A DNA stretch of 64,000 bases from Blastocladiella emersonii ATCC 22665 (lineage: Eukaryota; Fungi; Blastocladiomycota), in contig JANHCV010000001.1 in assembly GCA_025594325.1 (NCBI GenBank), forward strand, positions 1,426,001 through 1,490,000, in the 5' to 3' direction. Positions within the stretch are counted from its first letter, which is position 1; each line of letters opens with the position of its first letter. Position numbers and translations under genes: made by a program. The notes below the pieces were generated by a model, which saw only the letters and a program-made list of their open reading frames with translations, was not told where the DNA came from and made no database searches. Positions 45,640-57,016 of this stretch are shown here, piece by piece.

Positions 45640-48511
45640 ATGTTCGCGGGAGCCCTGCGCCAGACCATCGCGTCCATTGTCGAGAAGGCGACCGACGTGG
45701 TCGCGCCGCGGCTGCACCGCGCGTCGCGCGAGGACCAGGCGCGCGAGCACTGGGACGCGGTCCTCGCGTGGTACCGCGACCGCGGCTTCGAATGGGTCCT
45801 GCAGCTCGACGACCGCTACGCCGACCCGGAGCCGCTCGCGTCGCCGCGCTCGCCATACGCTGCCGGCTCTGCGCTCGCGACGCCGCCCGCGACACCGCGG
45901 TCCGCCAGCGCCAGCAGCACATCGACCACCACGTCATCGTCGCTCCTCCTGCGCCCGCACCTCACCGTTTCCACGGCCTCGTCGGCTGCCGCACCGCCAC
46001 CGCCAATGCGGTCCGTGTCGCCGACGCGCCGCCGGTCGCGCACGTCCACGTCCACGTCGTCGGCCGGCTCGAGCGCCATCTCGCCCGCCGCCTCGCTCTC
46101 GCGCCGCTGGGATTCCGAAGATCAGCGTACGTGATTTTCCTCCCGATCGAGGTCGGCATGGGTCGGCGTCGTGGGAACCGCCCTTGTTCGCAGCGACCAA
46201 CGCTAACCTTGTTTCCGCCCCTCTTCCAGTCTACGGCCACGCCATCCCGGAACTCGCCGACACGCCACTCGCCGCGCACCTGCAGGCGCTGCTGAAACTC
46301 GCAAAGGACGAGCTGCGCGCCGCGTCCTCGTCCGCGAACGCGTCGGGCAACGCGTCGCCCAAGTCGGCCCGCTCGCCGCGTCATGCTGGCCACCACCGCC
46401 TCGCCGCCTCGGTCGCGCCCATGGCCGCCCAGTGCACCACCGTCGGGCCCATGGACATGGCCTCGCCGTGGTCGCCGCACCCGCCGCCCGCCGCCATGCT
46501 CGCTCTCGCGCCATCGGCGTCCGGCTCCGCGAGCTCGCTGCTCCCATCGTCGTCGCCATCCTACGGACCCTGCACCTCGCTCGTCCTGCGCCAGCTCGTG
46601 CTCCCGACTCTCGTCAACGCCGCACGCGAGAACATCCCCGCCGGCATGAACCACGAGGCCGTGCGCTTCGTCCACTCGTTCCTCGTCGACGTGGCCGCCG
46701 TCACCGTCGCCACCGTGCCGCACGGCGCGTCTTCCCTGCTCGTCGACGATACCGTGCGACACCCTGTCCTCGACCTCGTCGAGCTCACCCACGACATGGT
46801 CTCGGCGCTGCGCGGCGACCGCCGCGTGCGAGCCGGCATCGAGCGGCTCGACCTCGAGTGCGACCTGATGCGCCTCGTCAACGCCGTCCTGCGCACCCTC
46901 AACCCGTGTCCCGCCGACGTGCCGCGTTTCTTCGTCGAGCGCGCCACCGCCGCCGCACCCGGCCAGGGCGCCACGCCCGCGTTCCCGCTGCTCGAGTACC
47001 TCCTCGAGTTCGCCCCGCACGCGACCGAGGCCGGGAACCTCGCGCGCGAGTCGGCGCTCCTCGTCGCCGGCATGGTCGAGGCTGTCCCGCGCCTCGAGGC
47101 GATCCTGCTCGCGCCCACGGTCGTCGCTGCGGTCCCGGCGCCCAGTTTCCTCGCGCGGCTCGCCGCGGGGCTCAACGGCGTGCCGGCGGCCTCGGCGGCG
47201 GGAGGAGGCGACGCGGTCCCGCTGCGCCATGCGCTCGACCACTTTGCGTTCCTCAACCACTTTTGCCTCGTGCTCCCGCCCACGGCCGTGCTCGCCGTCA
47301 GCGTTCTGGCGGATGGGATCCGTACCGTGCTGGTGCACCACGAGCAGCAGCACGCAGCCGAGGACGAGGCGGAGCTCGACGAGCCGGTCTCGTCGCATTC
47401 GTCGCACCTGCCATCGCCGCCCGCCAGCGAGACCTCGTCCCCGCGGCAACCGCCCTCTCCGGCGCCCGCCGTCGGCGCGCTCCTCGGTGCCGGCCCGACG
47501 GAACTCGGCCCGCTCGTCCCGCGGTTCCTTGCCTCGACGCCCGCGTGCCACCCGCTCGTCCGCCGCGCGCTCGTCGCCGCGATGCCGAGCCACCGGTTCC
47601 TCGTCCCCGCGACCGACCTCGCGGCCACGGCCGAGGGCGCGACCGAGACGCGGTTCAATACGTGTCTCGCGATGCTCACCGTGTACGCGGACCTGATCGC
47701 CGCTGGCGACGCGGCGGTCGCGCTGCCCTCGGCCAAGGCGTTGGCCATCGAGGACGTGGACGACGCGGTCATGGCGGTGGTCGCGCGGCTCGTCGAGCCC
47801 GGGATCCACGCGCTCGCGGCGCGGTTCCACCCCGAGGCCGGCGGGATCGATGTCGCCGCGTCGGTCGAGGCGCTCAACCAACCGCATCCGTTGCACGAGC
47901 GGTCCGCGTCGCAGATCCTCGCCGGGTGGATGGGTTCCGTGGCAGCCGCATCGGCCCCCGTCGAGCAGCGCGCGGCGCAGGCGGCGGCGGGCGAGGTGGT
48001 CGCGCTCGCGTCCGCGCTCGAGGCGGCGGTCGTCGAGTGCGCCGAGCGAAGCGTCGCGACACGGGCCGCGGACGCGGTCACGGTCGATGTCAACCAGCTC
48101 GCGACCATGTGGATGTCCCTCCTCGCCGCCTCCTCTGGGAGCCCACGAGCCTCGAGCGACGTTAACGGAGACGATGTGGACGCGAGCGACGACGGGCTCG
48201 ACCACGGGATGACGGTGCTCGCCATGACGAGCGTATGGCGCGCCGTCACGCTGGCTGCGCCCGACGCCGTCGTCGACTGGGTGTTCCTGCACTCGGACGT
48301 GTTCGCCGCGCCGACACTCGCGCGAGTCCCGTTCCCCGACCAGCGCGTCGCCGCCGAGTTCCAGCTCGAGATGGGCCTCGCGCTGTTCTTGCGCCACGCG
48401 CACCGCCGCGCCGCCGCGGCTGCAACCGACGCGCGGCGCGTGTGGTTCGCGACCGAGGCGGACGAGGCCGAGGAGGCCCGCCGCCGCGAACAGACATTTT
48501 GTATAGTCTAG
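45640..48511 (+). CDS. FHIP: FHIP/FAM160 (RAI16-like) Hook-complex protein, divergent; intron 46127-46229
   Basis: MFAGALRQTIASIVEKATDVVAP, GPCTSLVLRQLVLPTLVNAARENIPAGM, FPLLEYLLEF...AGNLARESALL resemble FAM160 blocks. Confidence 0.72.
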
Positions 48512-48580
48512 ACGCCATTCCATTCCCCATTACAAAGACGGTTCATGTGTGTGTGATGCGCTCTCGCTCCCTTCACAGAC

Positions 48581-49011
48581 ATGGCAGCTCAGCTTCGACC
48601 CGCGATCCGGCCCGCTAACCCGAGTATTCTCGCGCGCGCGTGGTTCGGCGCCATCGTCCCCGTCGCCACGGCGGTGCTCGCGGTCGCTCTTGCTGCCACG
48701 ATCGGCAGCTGTCGTCTCGGTGGTGACACTCGCCCTGCCATCCCTGCTCTCACGCCGCCGCGGTCCCTGCTCGAAGCAGGACGAGCCGCGTGGTTTCACC
48801 TCGTTGGTGCGCTCTCACCTCACTGATCCGTCAACGGCAGCTCTGACAGGCACAGCGTGTAGGACACGCCCATGACGCGACGTGCGAAGCGTCGTGGCCC
48901 ATGGTCCTCGCGACCCTCGCCGTGGCGTTCCTCATCGCGTCGACGTGGATCGGGCGCTGGCTCGGGTGCATGCTGTGCCTGCGCGGACGGCCGCGGTCGC
49001 GTCGTTCGTGA
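48581..49011 (+). CDS. Possible small two-TM protein (intron 48807-48862), not fully shown in the ORF track
   Basis: GTGCGC donor, CTGAC branch and TAG acceptor join two hydrophobic segments in frame. No homology recognised. Confidence 0.35.
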
Positions 49012-49398
49012 CGATGACGACGGTGGCGCTCATTGTTCACGGGAAATGAAACTGTCTCGCAGCTTGTCTCTCGTGTGGCGTGACTGATGGCATCAGTGCG
49101 AGACGTGGCGCAGGGGCGGGCGGAAACGGTAGGAGGGCGATTCACGTGGCCGTTCCGATGGGCGCCGAGGGCGTGGCGCCATTGCGTGCGCGTCGGGTGA
49201 CCTCAGGTGACCGGGTTGCTGTCTCCTGGGCGCGTGTTTTGGGCGAGTGCGGGCGGCGCCGGGACGCATGCCGCGGGCGGCGTTCCTGTGCAAGAGGCCG
49301 CCCTACAAAACGGCGGCCCGCCCCGCATCCCCGCTCTCGCTCCCCCTCTCCCGCTGCCCCTTTGCCGAGCATCCCCAGAGCACCACCTAGCAACCACC

Positions 49399-50565
49399 AT
49401 GGCCAAGAAGGACTCCGCCCCCAAGACCACCTCGGAGCAGGTGACCTCGTTCCTGCTCGACCTCGCCGCCGGCGGTACCGCTGGTGGTATCTCCAAGACG
49501 GTCGTGGCCCCGATCGAGCGCGTCAAGCTCATCCTCCAGACCCAGGACTCGAACACCCAGCTGGCCGCCGACAAGCGCTACAAGGGTATCGGCGACGCTT
49601 TCCGTCGTATCCCCGCCGAGCAGGGCTTCGCCTCGTTCTGGTACGCTCGTCTCGCCTGCGTCGTGGTGTGTGCGCGCCCGCTGCTGCCCTCCCGTGCCTC
49701 GATCGCCACCGATCCGAGGCAATCTCGCCGTCCCCGACCCCGATCGCGCGAGTGATTGCGTCGGCGATGGGTTGCGCAGCAGCGCAGTCACACCTGCCTC
49801 GAGTGTTTGTTGACGCACCGCACGTGACTGACCTCCACCCCCCTCGCCTCCCCCTCCTCCAGGCGCGGTAACATGGCCAACATTGTCCGCTACTTCCCCA
49901 CGCAGGCGCTCAACTTCGCCTTCAAGGACAAGTACAAGCAGATCTTCGTGCGCCACAACCCCAAGACCGACTTCTGGAAGTTCTTCGCCGGTAACCTGGC
50001 CTCGGGCGGTGCCGCTGGTGCCACGTCGCTCATGTTCGTGTACCCGCTCGACTTCGCGCGTACCCGTCTGGGTGCCGATGTCGGCAAGGGTGCCGAGCGC
50101 CAGTTCACTGGTCTCACTGACTGCATCTCCAAGATCTACAAGCAGAACGGCATCAAGTCGCTGTACGGTGGCTTTGGCGTCTCGGTTGTCGGCATTGTCG
50201 TGTACCGCGCTGCCTTCTTCGGTGGCTACGACACCGCCAAGTCGGTGTTCCTCAAGGACCCCAAGTCGGCGCCCTTCTGGCAGAACTGGATCATCGCCCA
50301 GGTCGTGTCGACGATCGCCGGTGTCGTGTCGTACCCCTTCGACACTGTCCGCCGTCGCATCATGATGCAGGCTGGCCGCAAGGAGGTCCAGTACACTTCG
50401 ACGCTCGACTGCTGGAAGAAGATTGCCAAGAACGAGGGTGTCTCGGCCTTCTTCAAGGGTGCCCTCTCGAACGCCATCCGCGGCTCGGGCGGTGCTCTCG
50501 TCCTGGTCATCTACGACGAGATCCAGAAGGTCCTCGGCTTCGAGGGCGGCGCTGGCGGCGAGTAA
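49399..50565 (+). CDS. ANT: Mitochondrial ADP/ATP carrier (animal/protist-type ANT); intron 49641-49862
   Basis: [55 protein letters not shown]. Confidence 0.95.
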
Positions 50566-51487
50566 GCAACTGTGTGACGCTCCCTACCCCGGTGACGCGT
50601 CCGCGGTGCAGCGCGCCTCGGTCCACTCGCCGTCCTCTCGTTCAAGCGCCCTCGTTGTCGATGTCCTTAGGTGCCCGGTGACACTGGTCCAGTGGTGGTT
50701 GTCGCTGCCATGGGTCCTGATCCTCGATGCTCTTCCCTCCTCCCCTCCCTCTCTTCCCCTTGCCTTGCTCGCTCATCCCTTCCCCCCTTCCTCTCTTGCA
50801 CCTCGCACCTTGCGCTCCCCCCGCAACCGTAGCACGTGGCGTCCCCTCACGGGGGCGTGACAGCGGCGGATGCGGGTTGCTACGGTGACCTGGGCTCGGG
50901 CGGTTGCGGCGGCTCTTGGTGGCGTGCCGGGCTCGGTGTTGATGGTGGCCGTCGGTGACTTCGTCTTCTCTCCCATGCGTGTCGCGTCCTCCCTCCCTCT
51001 CATGCCAGTCCACTCCCTTCCGCTCGCTCTTCGTTGTTGTTTGGTCGTCTGGCCTCGTGTGCCCATTGCGTTCCTGTCCTTCGGCGTGTTGCCGGTCTCT
51101 TCATTCACTTCCCCCACAATACATAGTCTTCTCGCTTTCAAACCTGCTCGTCTTCGTCCCTGTCCGCATGGTGCATCCTGTCCGCGAGCGAGCGACCGCG
51201 ATCGTCCTTTCAGGGCGTGAGAGCCGTGGCCGTGATGGATGAGTCGGTGGAAAGCGCGACGCACGGCCCACGTGGCCCGCTTCCCTTATCAAATCGCGAG
51301 AGCAGCGTCTGGGGTTCGCGCTGTGATCCCTGCACTTGCCCTTCCCTCGCGAGCTCTCCCTCCCCTGCCTCCAACGGTGCTACGAATCAACAACTGCGCT
51401 CATTGCAAACGAATCGACCACAACGACGACGACGCGCCGTGATCCACGAAACTACCACCAACGCGACTGTGAACGACTACCACGATC

Positions 51488-53177
51488 ATGGCGCACCTCT
51501 ACAAGACCACGACGGGTGCGGTCCGCCCCACTCGCCCGCTCGGACGTCGCGGCGATCCTGACGCGTCGTGCTCGCTCGCATGTCCCGTAGGTCGCATGTT
51601 CCATGCCGGCTCCATCTGCCTCGGTACGCGGGGTGCTGCGCCACCATGGACCCGGCCGATCGCGGCGCTCACACGGATCCCACACTCGTAGTCCCCGTTG
51701 GCCTGCCCGCGCGCGGCAAGACGTTCATGTCGACCAAGCTCGGGCGGTACCTGCGCTGGCTCGGCGTCCGCACCCAGGTTTACAACGTCGGCGCGTACCG
51801 CCGCAGGATGTTTGGGCCCAGCGGCGCGCATGAGTTGTTTGATCCCGGTACGCGCTTGCTTGGGTCTCGGTTGTGCGGGTACGAGACGTTGACGCGCTCG
51901 TCGTGTAGCGGACGAGGACGCCATGGCGAAACGCAACGCGGCGGGCGACGCGGCCTTCGACGACATGCTGCAGTTCTTTGACGCGGGCGGCCAGGTCGCC
52001 ATCTACGACCACACGCTGACCATCATGGAGTCGAAGCGCCGCGAGATCATCGACCGGCTCACCCCGCTGAAGATTCAGGTCGTGTTTGTCGAGACCATCT
52101 GGTGCGTCCTCCTCCCACATCGCTCACGCGTCGCAGCGTCGCTGACACCGAGACCCGTCCGCTCGCTCGCGTAGCAACAACCCACAAGTCATCGAGTGCA
52201 ACATCCGCGAGGTGAAACTGCACACGCCCGACTATGAGGGGTGGAACGAGGAGGCCGCCGTCGCCGACTTCCTCAAACGCATCGAGCACCACGTCCCCTA
52301 CTACCAGCCCGTCTCGGACCCCACCCTCTCCTACGTCCAGGTCATGAACCTCGGCCTCGACTCGACCGTCGGCGAGCATATCGTCGCCAACGTACGCTTT
52401 GTTTTGGTGATTGGGGTCCGATCGCGCGAGACTGACCTCGTGCGTGTACGTGACCGCGTGTAGAACCTCAAGGGATACCTCCAGACCCGCATCGTCTTCT
52501 ACCTCATGAACCTCCACATTTCGCCGCGCAACGTGTACCTGCTCAAGGTGCGTGAGCCCGCCCGCGACGGAATGCCCGACACGCCAGCTGACACCCGGAC
52601 GTCCGTGTAGAACGCCGAGTCCACGAGCGACCACACGTTCAAGGACGACGCGCCGCTGTCGCCCGCGGGCGTCGCGTACTCGCAGAAGGTGCACGACTTC
52701 CTGGTGCAGCTGCGCAAGTCCAAGGGCCAGTCGGCGTACCCGAAGATCTTCACGTCGACGCGGCGGCGGTCGTACGAGACGGCGCAGTTCTTCCCGGCCG
52801 ACCGCGTCACGCAGAAGGCGTCGCTCGTGCAGCTCAACCCGGGCGCCGTCGAGGCCATGGACGAGCCCGCCATCGCCGCCGCGTACCCCGACGAACACGT
52901 CCAGCACGCCCGCGACCCTTTCAACCACCGGTACCCGCGGTCCGAGAGCTACCACGACCTCGCCCTGCGCCTCGAGCATGTCATCCTCGAGCTCGAGGGC
53001 GAGAAGGGCGATGTCCTGGTGATTGCCCACGAGACGGTGCTCCGGTGTCTCTACGTGTACCTCAACGACCTCGACGAGAAGGCGATCCCCGGCATGGAGA
53101 TCCCGTCGCACACGCTCATCGAGCTCACGCCCAAGGCCCAGGGCACCGTCGAGACGCGGTATCGCATCGAGCCCTGA
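51488..53177 (+). CDS. 6-phosphofructo-2-kinase / fructose-2,6-bisphosphatase family (YLR345W-like), multi-exon; bisphosphatase RHG motif absent
   Basis: MAHLYKTTTG/RMFHAGSICL/VPVGLPARGKT, YNVGAYRR, DFLKRIEHH, YLQTRIVFYLMNLHI, RYPRSESYHDLALRLEHVILELE. Confidence 0.85.
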
Positions 53178-53391
53178 GTTGTTGTCCTTGTTCCTAGTAG
53201 CTGTTCATACTATTTCGTAACAGTATTCCCTCCCCTCCTTTGGTCGTGCACGAAACGCGTTGTATTGGCAGGCAACCCGCATCCCGCTCACTCGACCTTC
53301 TTGGGCGACCGCGCCGCGCGGCGGATCAGGCACAGGAAGCCGATGCCAGCGCTACACGCAGGCCGGACCGTTAGTTGTTGCTCGCACCTGT

Positions 53392-54755
53392 TCAAGACTG
53401 AGGTTCAGCGTACACGACGCCGAGAAGAACGAGCACCACGACGCCCGAGACAAGCGACTCGCCGCGCCCCGTACGCAGCATGCCCGTCGCCGCCGCGACC
53501 CCGCGCGGCCACGCTGGCAGGTCCACGAGGTCGAGAAACGCGTACACGCCCGTCGCCGACCCGGTCGCCGCCATCCCCGCGATCGGCGACGCGAGCACCG
53601 CCTCGACGTACACGCGACCACCGACCACGTACGCCGGCTTGACGACGCGCACGCCGTTCGACGACAGCGACACGTTGGCCGCGACGATCCGCGGCAGGTC
53701 GAGCGGGACCGCGACGTCGTCGACGCCCGCGAGCTCGCCGCGCGCGAGCCACGACGACTGCGTCGCGCCCGTGTCGCTGAGCCGGTACATGTTCGCGACG
53801 CGCGTCGTCAGCACCGTGTAAGGGTTGCCCGCCGAGATCGCAAAGGTGTCGTCGCGCCGCAGCCATGAGGTCACGTTCGCGGGACCCGCGACCGGGCCGG
53901 CGCGCGGGTTGCGCGATGGGTACGTTGTCAGGTTTAGATTCGGGCGCGACGTGAAGGCGCATGACAGGCGGAAGGTCAGTGTCGTCGGCGAGAGCGCGGA
54001 GAGGGGCGGGCCGCATGCGGTTGACGCGGCTGTGGCGGCCGAGCGCGGAAACGGTGCGCGGAGCGAGGTGCAGGAGAGGTCCGGCGACACGGAGGTCAGG
54101 GTGCAGGTGAACGGGCGGTACAGCTCGCAGTCGAGGCCGAGGCGGTCGATGGGGCAGGTGCAGTAGTGGTCGGCCTGGAGCCCTGCGGGTTAGCTCGCGG
54201 AGATCAGGACCAGCTCCCCAACACAACGCACCGTGGTGGAGAAGACAGGACAGCAAGTCGCCGTGCACGTCGTGTTCCCGGGCGGACACTGCGGGCACGG
54301 CGTCCGAACCACGCGCTTCTCAGTCGCGTTGCGCATCGACGCGGCCGTTTCAATCTCGCCGTCGCAGTTGTACTACCCAGTGACCGGTGAGTGAGCGATC
54401 GTCACGTAGGGTGACATGGGCCTACCAGTGTGCCATTGAACGAGCGGTATGAGCCGACGTTGCTGCAGGTGGTAGCGCGCTTCTGGAGATGTCGCTCGGC
54501 TCCAGCAGCCGGCGACCTCTCGACCGCGGCAGTCGGCGACCTCTCTGGCTCGTCAACAGCACGCGCACCAGGCAGCGTGTAGCCCGCTGGTAGCCGTTTA
54601 GGGACACCGGTCTGCCATTGCACGTACTTTCGCTGCGTCTCCTTGCCCGCAGCGGCCGATTCCAACACGCCGAGGAGCCTCGCGATCCCGCCATTCCATA
54701 GGTCCGCCAGCGCCAGTGCGCTCCAGTCTTCCGCGTCTTGTGGCAAGAGATTCAT
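53392..54755 (-). CDS. Cys-rich EGF-like protein with C-terminal hydrophobic anchor; three exons; N-terminus uncertain
   Basis: Spliced ...QKRATTCSNVGSYRSFNGTL/YNCDG...PCPQCPPGNTTCTATCCPVFSTT/ADHYCTCPIDRLGLDCELYRPFTC...GGRVYVEA...LVSGVVVLVLLGVVY. Confidence 0.6.
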
Positions 54756-55103
54756 GGCAGTGATTTGTGAGTTGGTGAACAGAGAAGGACCGTCGCGGTT
54801 CGCGTCAGCCAGCTCGTCAGCGTGGGAGGGGCGGAGACGCGTCCCGAAATCACGTTGCGCCTCCCCTGACAACCAATCACGTGGGCCGCGCTGAACTGAT
54901 CCGCCACCCAGGCCCTGCTGCGCCGCCGAACAAAAAGCCGTGTCCGGCCCGCCCACCCACGGATTGTTCCATCTACATTTGCCAAGCTGGGATATAGTGC
55001 GTGCTGCCGACGGCCGGCCCGAAAGGGTCGGACAGGGCAGTCCGAGATTCCTCCCCAGCGCGATCGCTCGCGGCCAGGGCTCCCCACGGAGATCTGGCTG
55101 CGG

Positions 55104-55171
55104 GGCCTCGGATTAGAGCTCTGCGGGTCTGCACACAGTCTCCTGCGGAGTGTCAACTTGAGGTCACAGTC
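55104..55171 (+). ncRNA. Candidate H/ACA-like guide hairpin (ACA at 55166-55168); no H box found
   Basis: Lower stem GGCCTC/GAGGTC, 9-nt pocket strands, upper stem CTCTGCGGG/CCTGCGGAG, ACA 15 nt from the upper stem. Confidence 0.3.
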
Positions 55172-55213
55172 CAACACGCTTCTCGCGCGACCGATATTGC
55201 TGCTTTATTGCTC

Positions 55214-55301
55214 GCGAGTAAATGATGATAAAAGCGGATGTATTAAATTCCCGTATGCACCCTGGGGATCATTTCGTTGCCTTCCTACTGAGACTACTCG
55301 C
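55214..55301 (+). ncRNA. snR52: Box C/D snoRNA, snR52/SNORD83-like, predicted guide for 18S Am420 (yeast numbering)
   Basis: Box C ATGATGA 55222-55228, box D CTGA 55288-55291, 7-bp terminal stem GCGAGTA/TACTCGC. Guide GTTGCCTTCCT is complementary to conserved 18S AGGAAGGCAGC, with the D+5 base opposite A420. Confidence 0.8.
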
Positions 55302-56094
55302 CCATCGTCCTGTTCCATCGTCACTGGAACTACGTTGCTACTTTGGCCCATCTGCACTCGGCATCGCCTCGAACACACGCGCAAAGGCTTCAAACATTCG
55401 CGCGGCGGAGCGAAACATACTATCCGACATCAGCAGCTCTGGGTAAGCCGCGTGCGTTTGTTGCTATCGTCAACAAGCACCTCAGACTCGACTTTTCCTC
55501 TTGTCTCTGCCACGATCGTATTGGCGATCAGTGCCCACGTTAGTGTGCCGGCCGCTGATGGCGTACGAGATGTCACCTTGAGAGCGCTGCAGGCGCGCGA
55601 TGGCCCCCGCTGTTGTGGGACGATAAACTCTTGCGTTCGAGTTCAGTCGCCAGCGCTTCCATGTGCGGCAATCGTTCATGGGTTGGGTTCTTTCGCGTTC
55701 CGTAAACACGAATCAGAGGCGTAGGGTCGTCGCGGACAGCGTGAGGGCGAGCGCGGCGGTGCCGTTGGCCAGGCTGTTGTACGCAATGTGAACATATTGC
55801 TGAGTGCGGCATGAAGATGAATTGATGAGGCTTCATCGTAACGTGTCCACTTGGTAGCAAGCCGGAGCCGGTCTCGGGTCGCCGAGACGCGACGTTCACG
55901 AGCACGTGCATGGCGCATCGACGCGAATCGGTTCGCAGGCTGAGGACTTGACGCGACTTTCGTACACGCTCAAGACTCATTTTAAGGGCATGTGCATGTC
56001 GGTCGGCAAGTCTTTCGTGCGCTCGGTCAGTGGTGCGAGATCAGTCGAGGCTCGCGCCACCGCGACATCTGCGCTGTGAGGGCCCGCACACGGT

Positions 56095-56540
56095 TGTCCG
56101 CCGAGACCAAGGCAGTACACGTACTTCACTACGCCGCCGATGCCATCGTCGACAAGATCCCCGCGCATCAGCTGAAGCTTATCCAGCCCGGTTCGGCCCT
56201 GTCGGACGACTCGGCCGTTGTGTGCGAGGTCCATAATCACCGCGACGGCGTGATCAACGAGCGCGAGTACCCGATCCGCTGGCCCGACCCGTCCGTCAAG
56301 AACTCGTAGCTCCCCGCCAGCAGCTTCGACACCGCCTGCGCCATCAACGACTACCACAAGTAGATTTCGGCTGACACCAGGCTGGAGCGCCTGGAGTCGC
56401 TGCCGTGTTTTGCCTTCAAGGTCGCCGAGTCCCTCTAAGTTGTACTTCCTCACCAAGCTCCTGTTCCCCGCCGCCAAGTCTCGGCCATGGAGTCGCCGGC
56501 CGGCTCGTCGTCCGCCTGCGCCGCGCCCAAGCGCGCTCGC
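56095..56540 (+). pseudogene. Decayed fragment of an unidentified protein-coding gene
   Basis: GC3-biased frame KAVHVLHYAADAIVDKIPAHQL...REYPIRWPDP broken by TAG 56307-09, TAG 56361-63 and a frameshift near 56436. Confidence 0.55.
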
Positions 56541-56980
56541 TCGCCGTGTCGTGCAGGACCGCGACGATGCGCGCGGCGATCCCGTTGACGGCCATCCAGT
56601 GCCACGACACGGCCACGGGAAAGTGCGCGGCGAGATAAGAGTACACCTCGAGCACGGCGACGTGCCTCGCGGCGATGCCGAGCTCGAGCTCCGCGCCGTC
56701 AGACCCCTGCTCGCGAGCACCAACGTCCGCGGGTGGCGCGACGACGGGCGACTCGCGCGGCGGGTCGACGCGCAGGAGCTTGCCGAGGAACGGGACGAGG
56801 GACCGGCGGTGCGCGAGCGACGCGATAGCCTGCGGGTCTGGACCAGAAGTACCATCTAGCGCGCGACGAGTGAAAGGTGCTTGCGCGAGGCACGGGCAAT
56901 GGACTTGATGACGGCGAACAGGCGGCACACGGCGCGGTAACACGGGTCGAGGCGGTCGCGTGGCGGTGAGGAAACAGCGC
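56540..56980 (-). pseudogene. Inverted, degraded partial copy of the ATRIP-like gene (about 63420-63950)
   Basis: Near-identical blocks on manual alignment, a 90-nt deletion between GCGCGC repeats, TGG to TAG at 56856-58, and a 1-nt deletion near 56835. Confidence 0.9.
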
Positions 56981-57016
56981 TCGCGACCGTGGTAGAATCA
57001 AACGTATAATCGCCTC

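Noticed and set aside
49641-49862. Unusually long (222 nt) ANT intron as a snoRNA host
   Set aside because: Only a degenerate box C (GTGATTG). The CTGA overlaps the branch point and no rRNA-complementary guide was found.
55003-55115. RNase P/MRP or SRP RNA (GGCAGTCCGAG resembles CR-I; GAAA tetraloop)
   Set aside because: No CR-V partner at the expected distance and no SRP helix-8 motif. The complement is local (55106-55113).
55265-55275. GGGATCATTTC identical to U3 box A
   Set aside because: It lies inside the snR52-like RNA where a C' box is expected, and other U3 boxes are absent.
55158-55724. 188-aa ORF over the snoRNA
   Set aside because: Non-ATG start, no codon bias, and the sequence is better explained by the snoRNA.
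56540-56980. RIP-like mutation of the duplicated ATRIP fragment
   Set aside because: Substitutions include T-to-C changes and transversions, not a directional C-to-T/G-to-A pattern.
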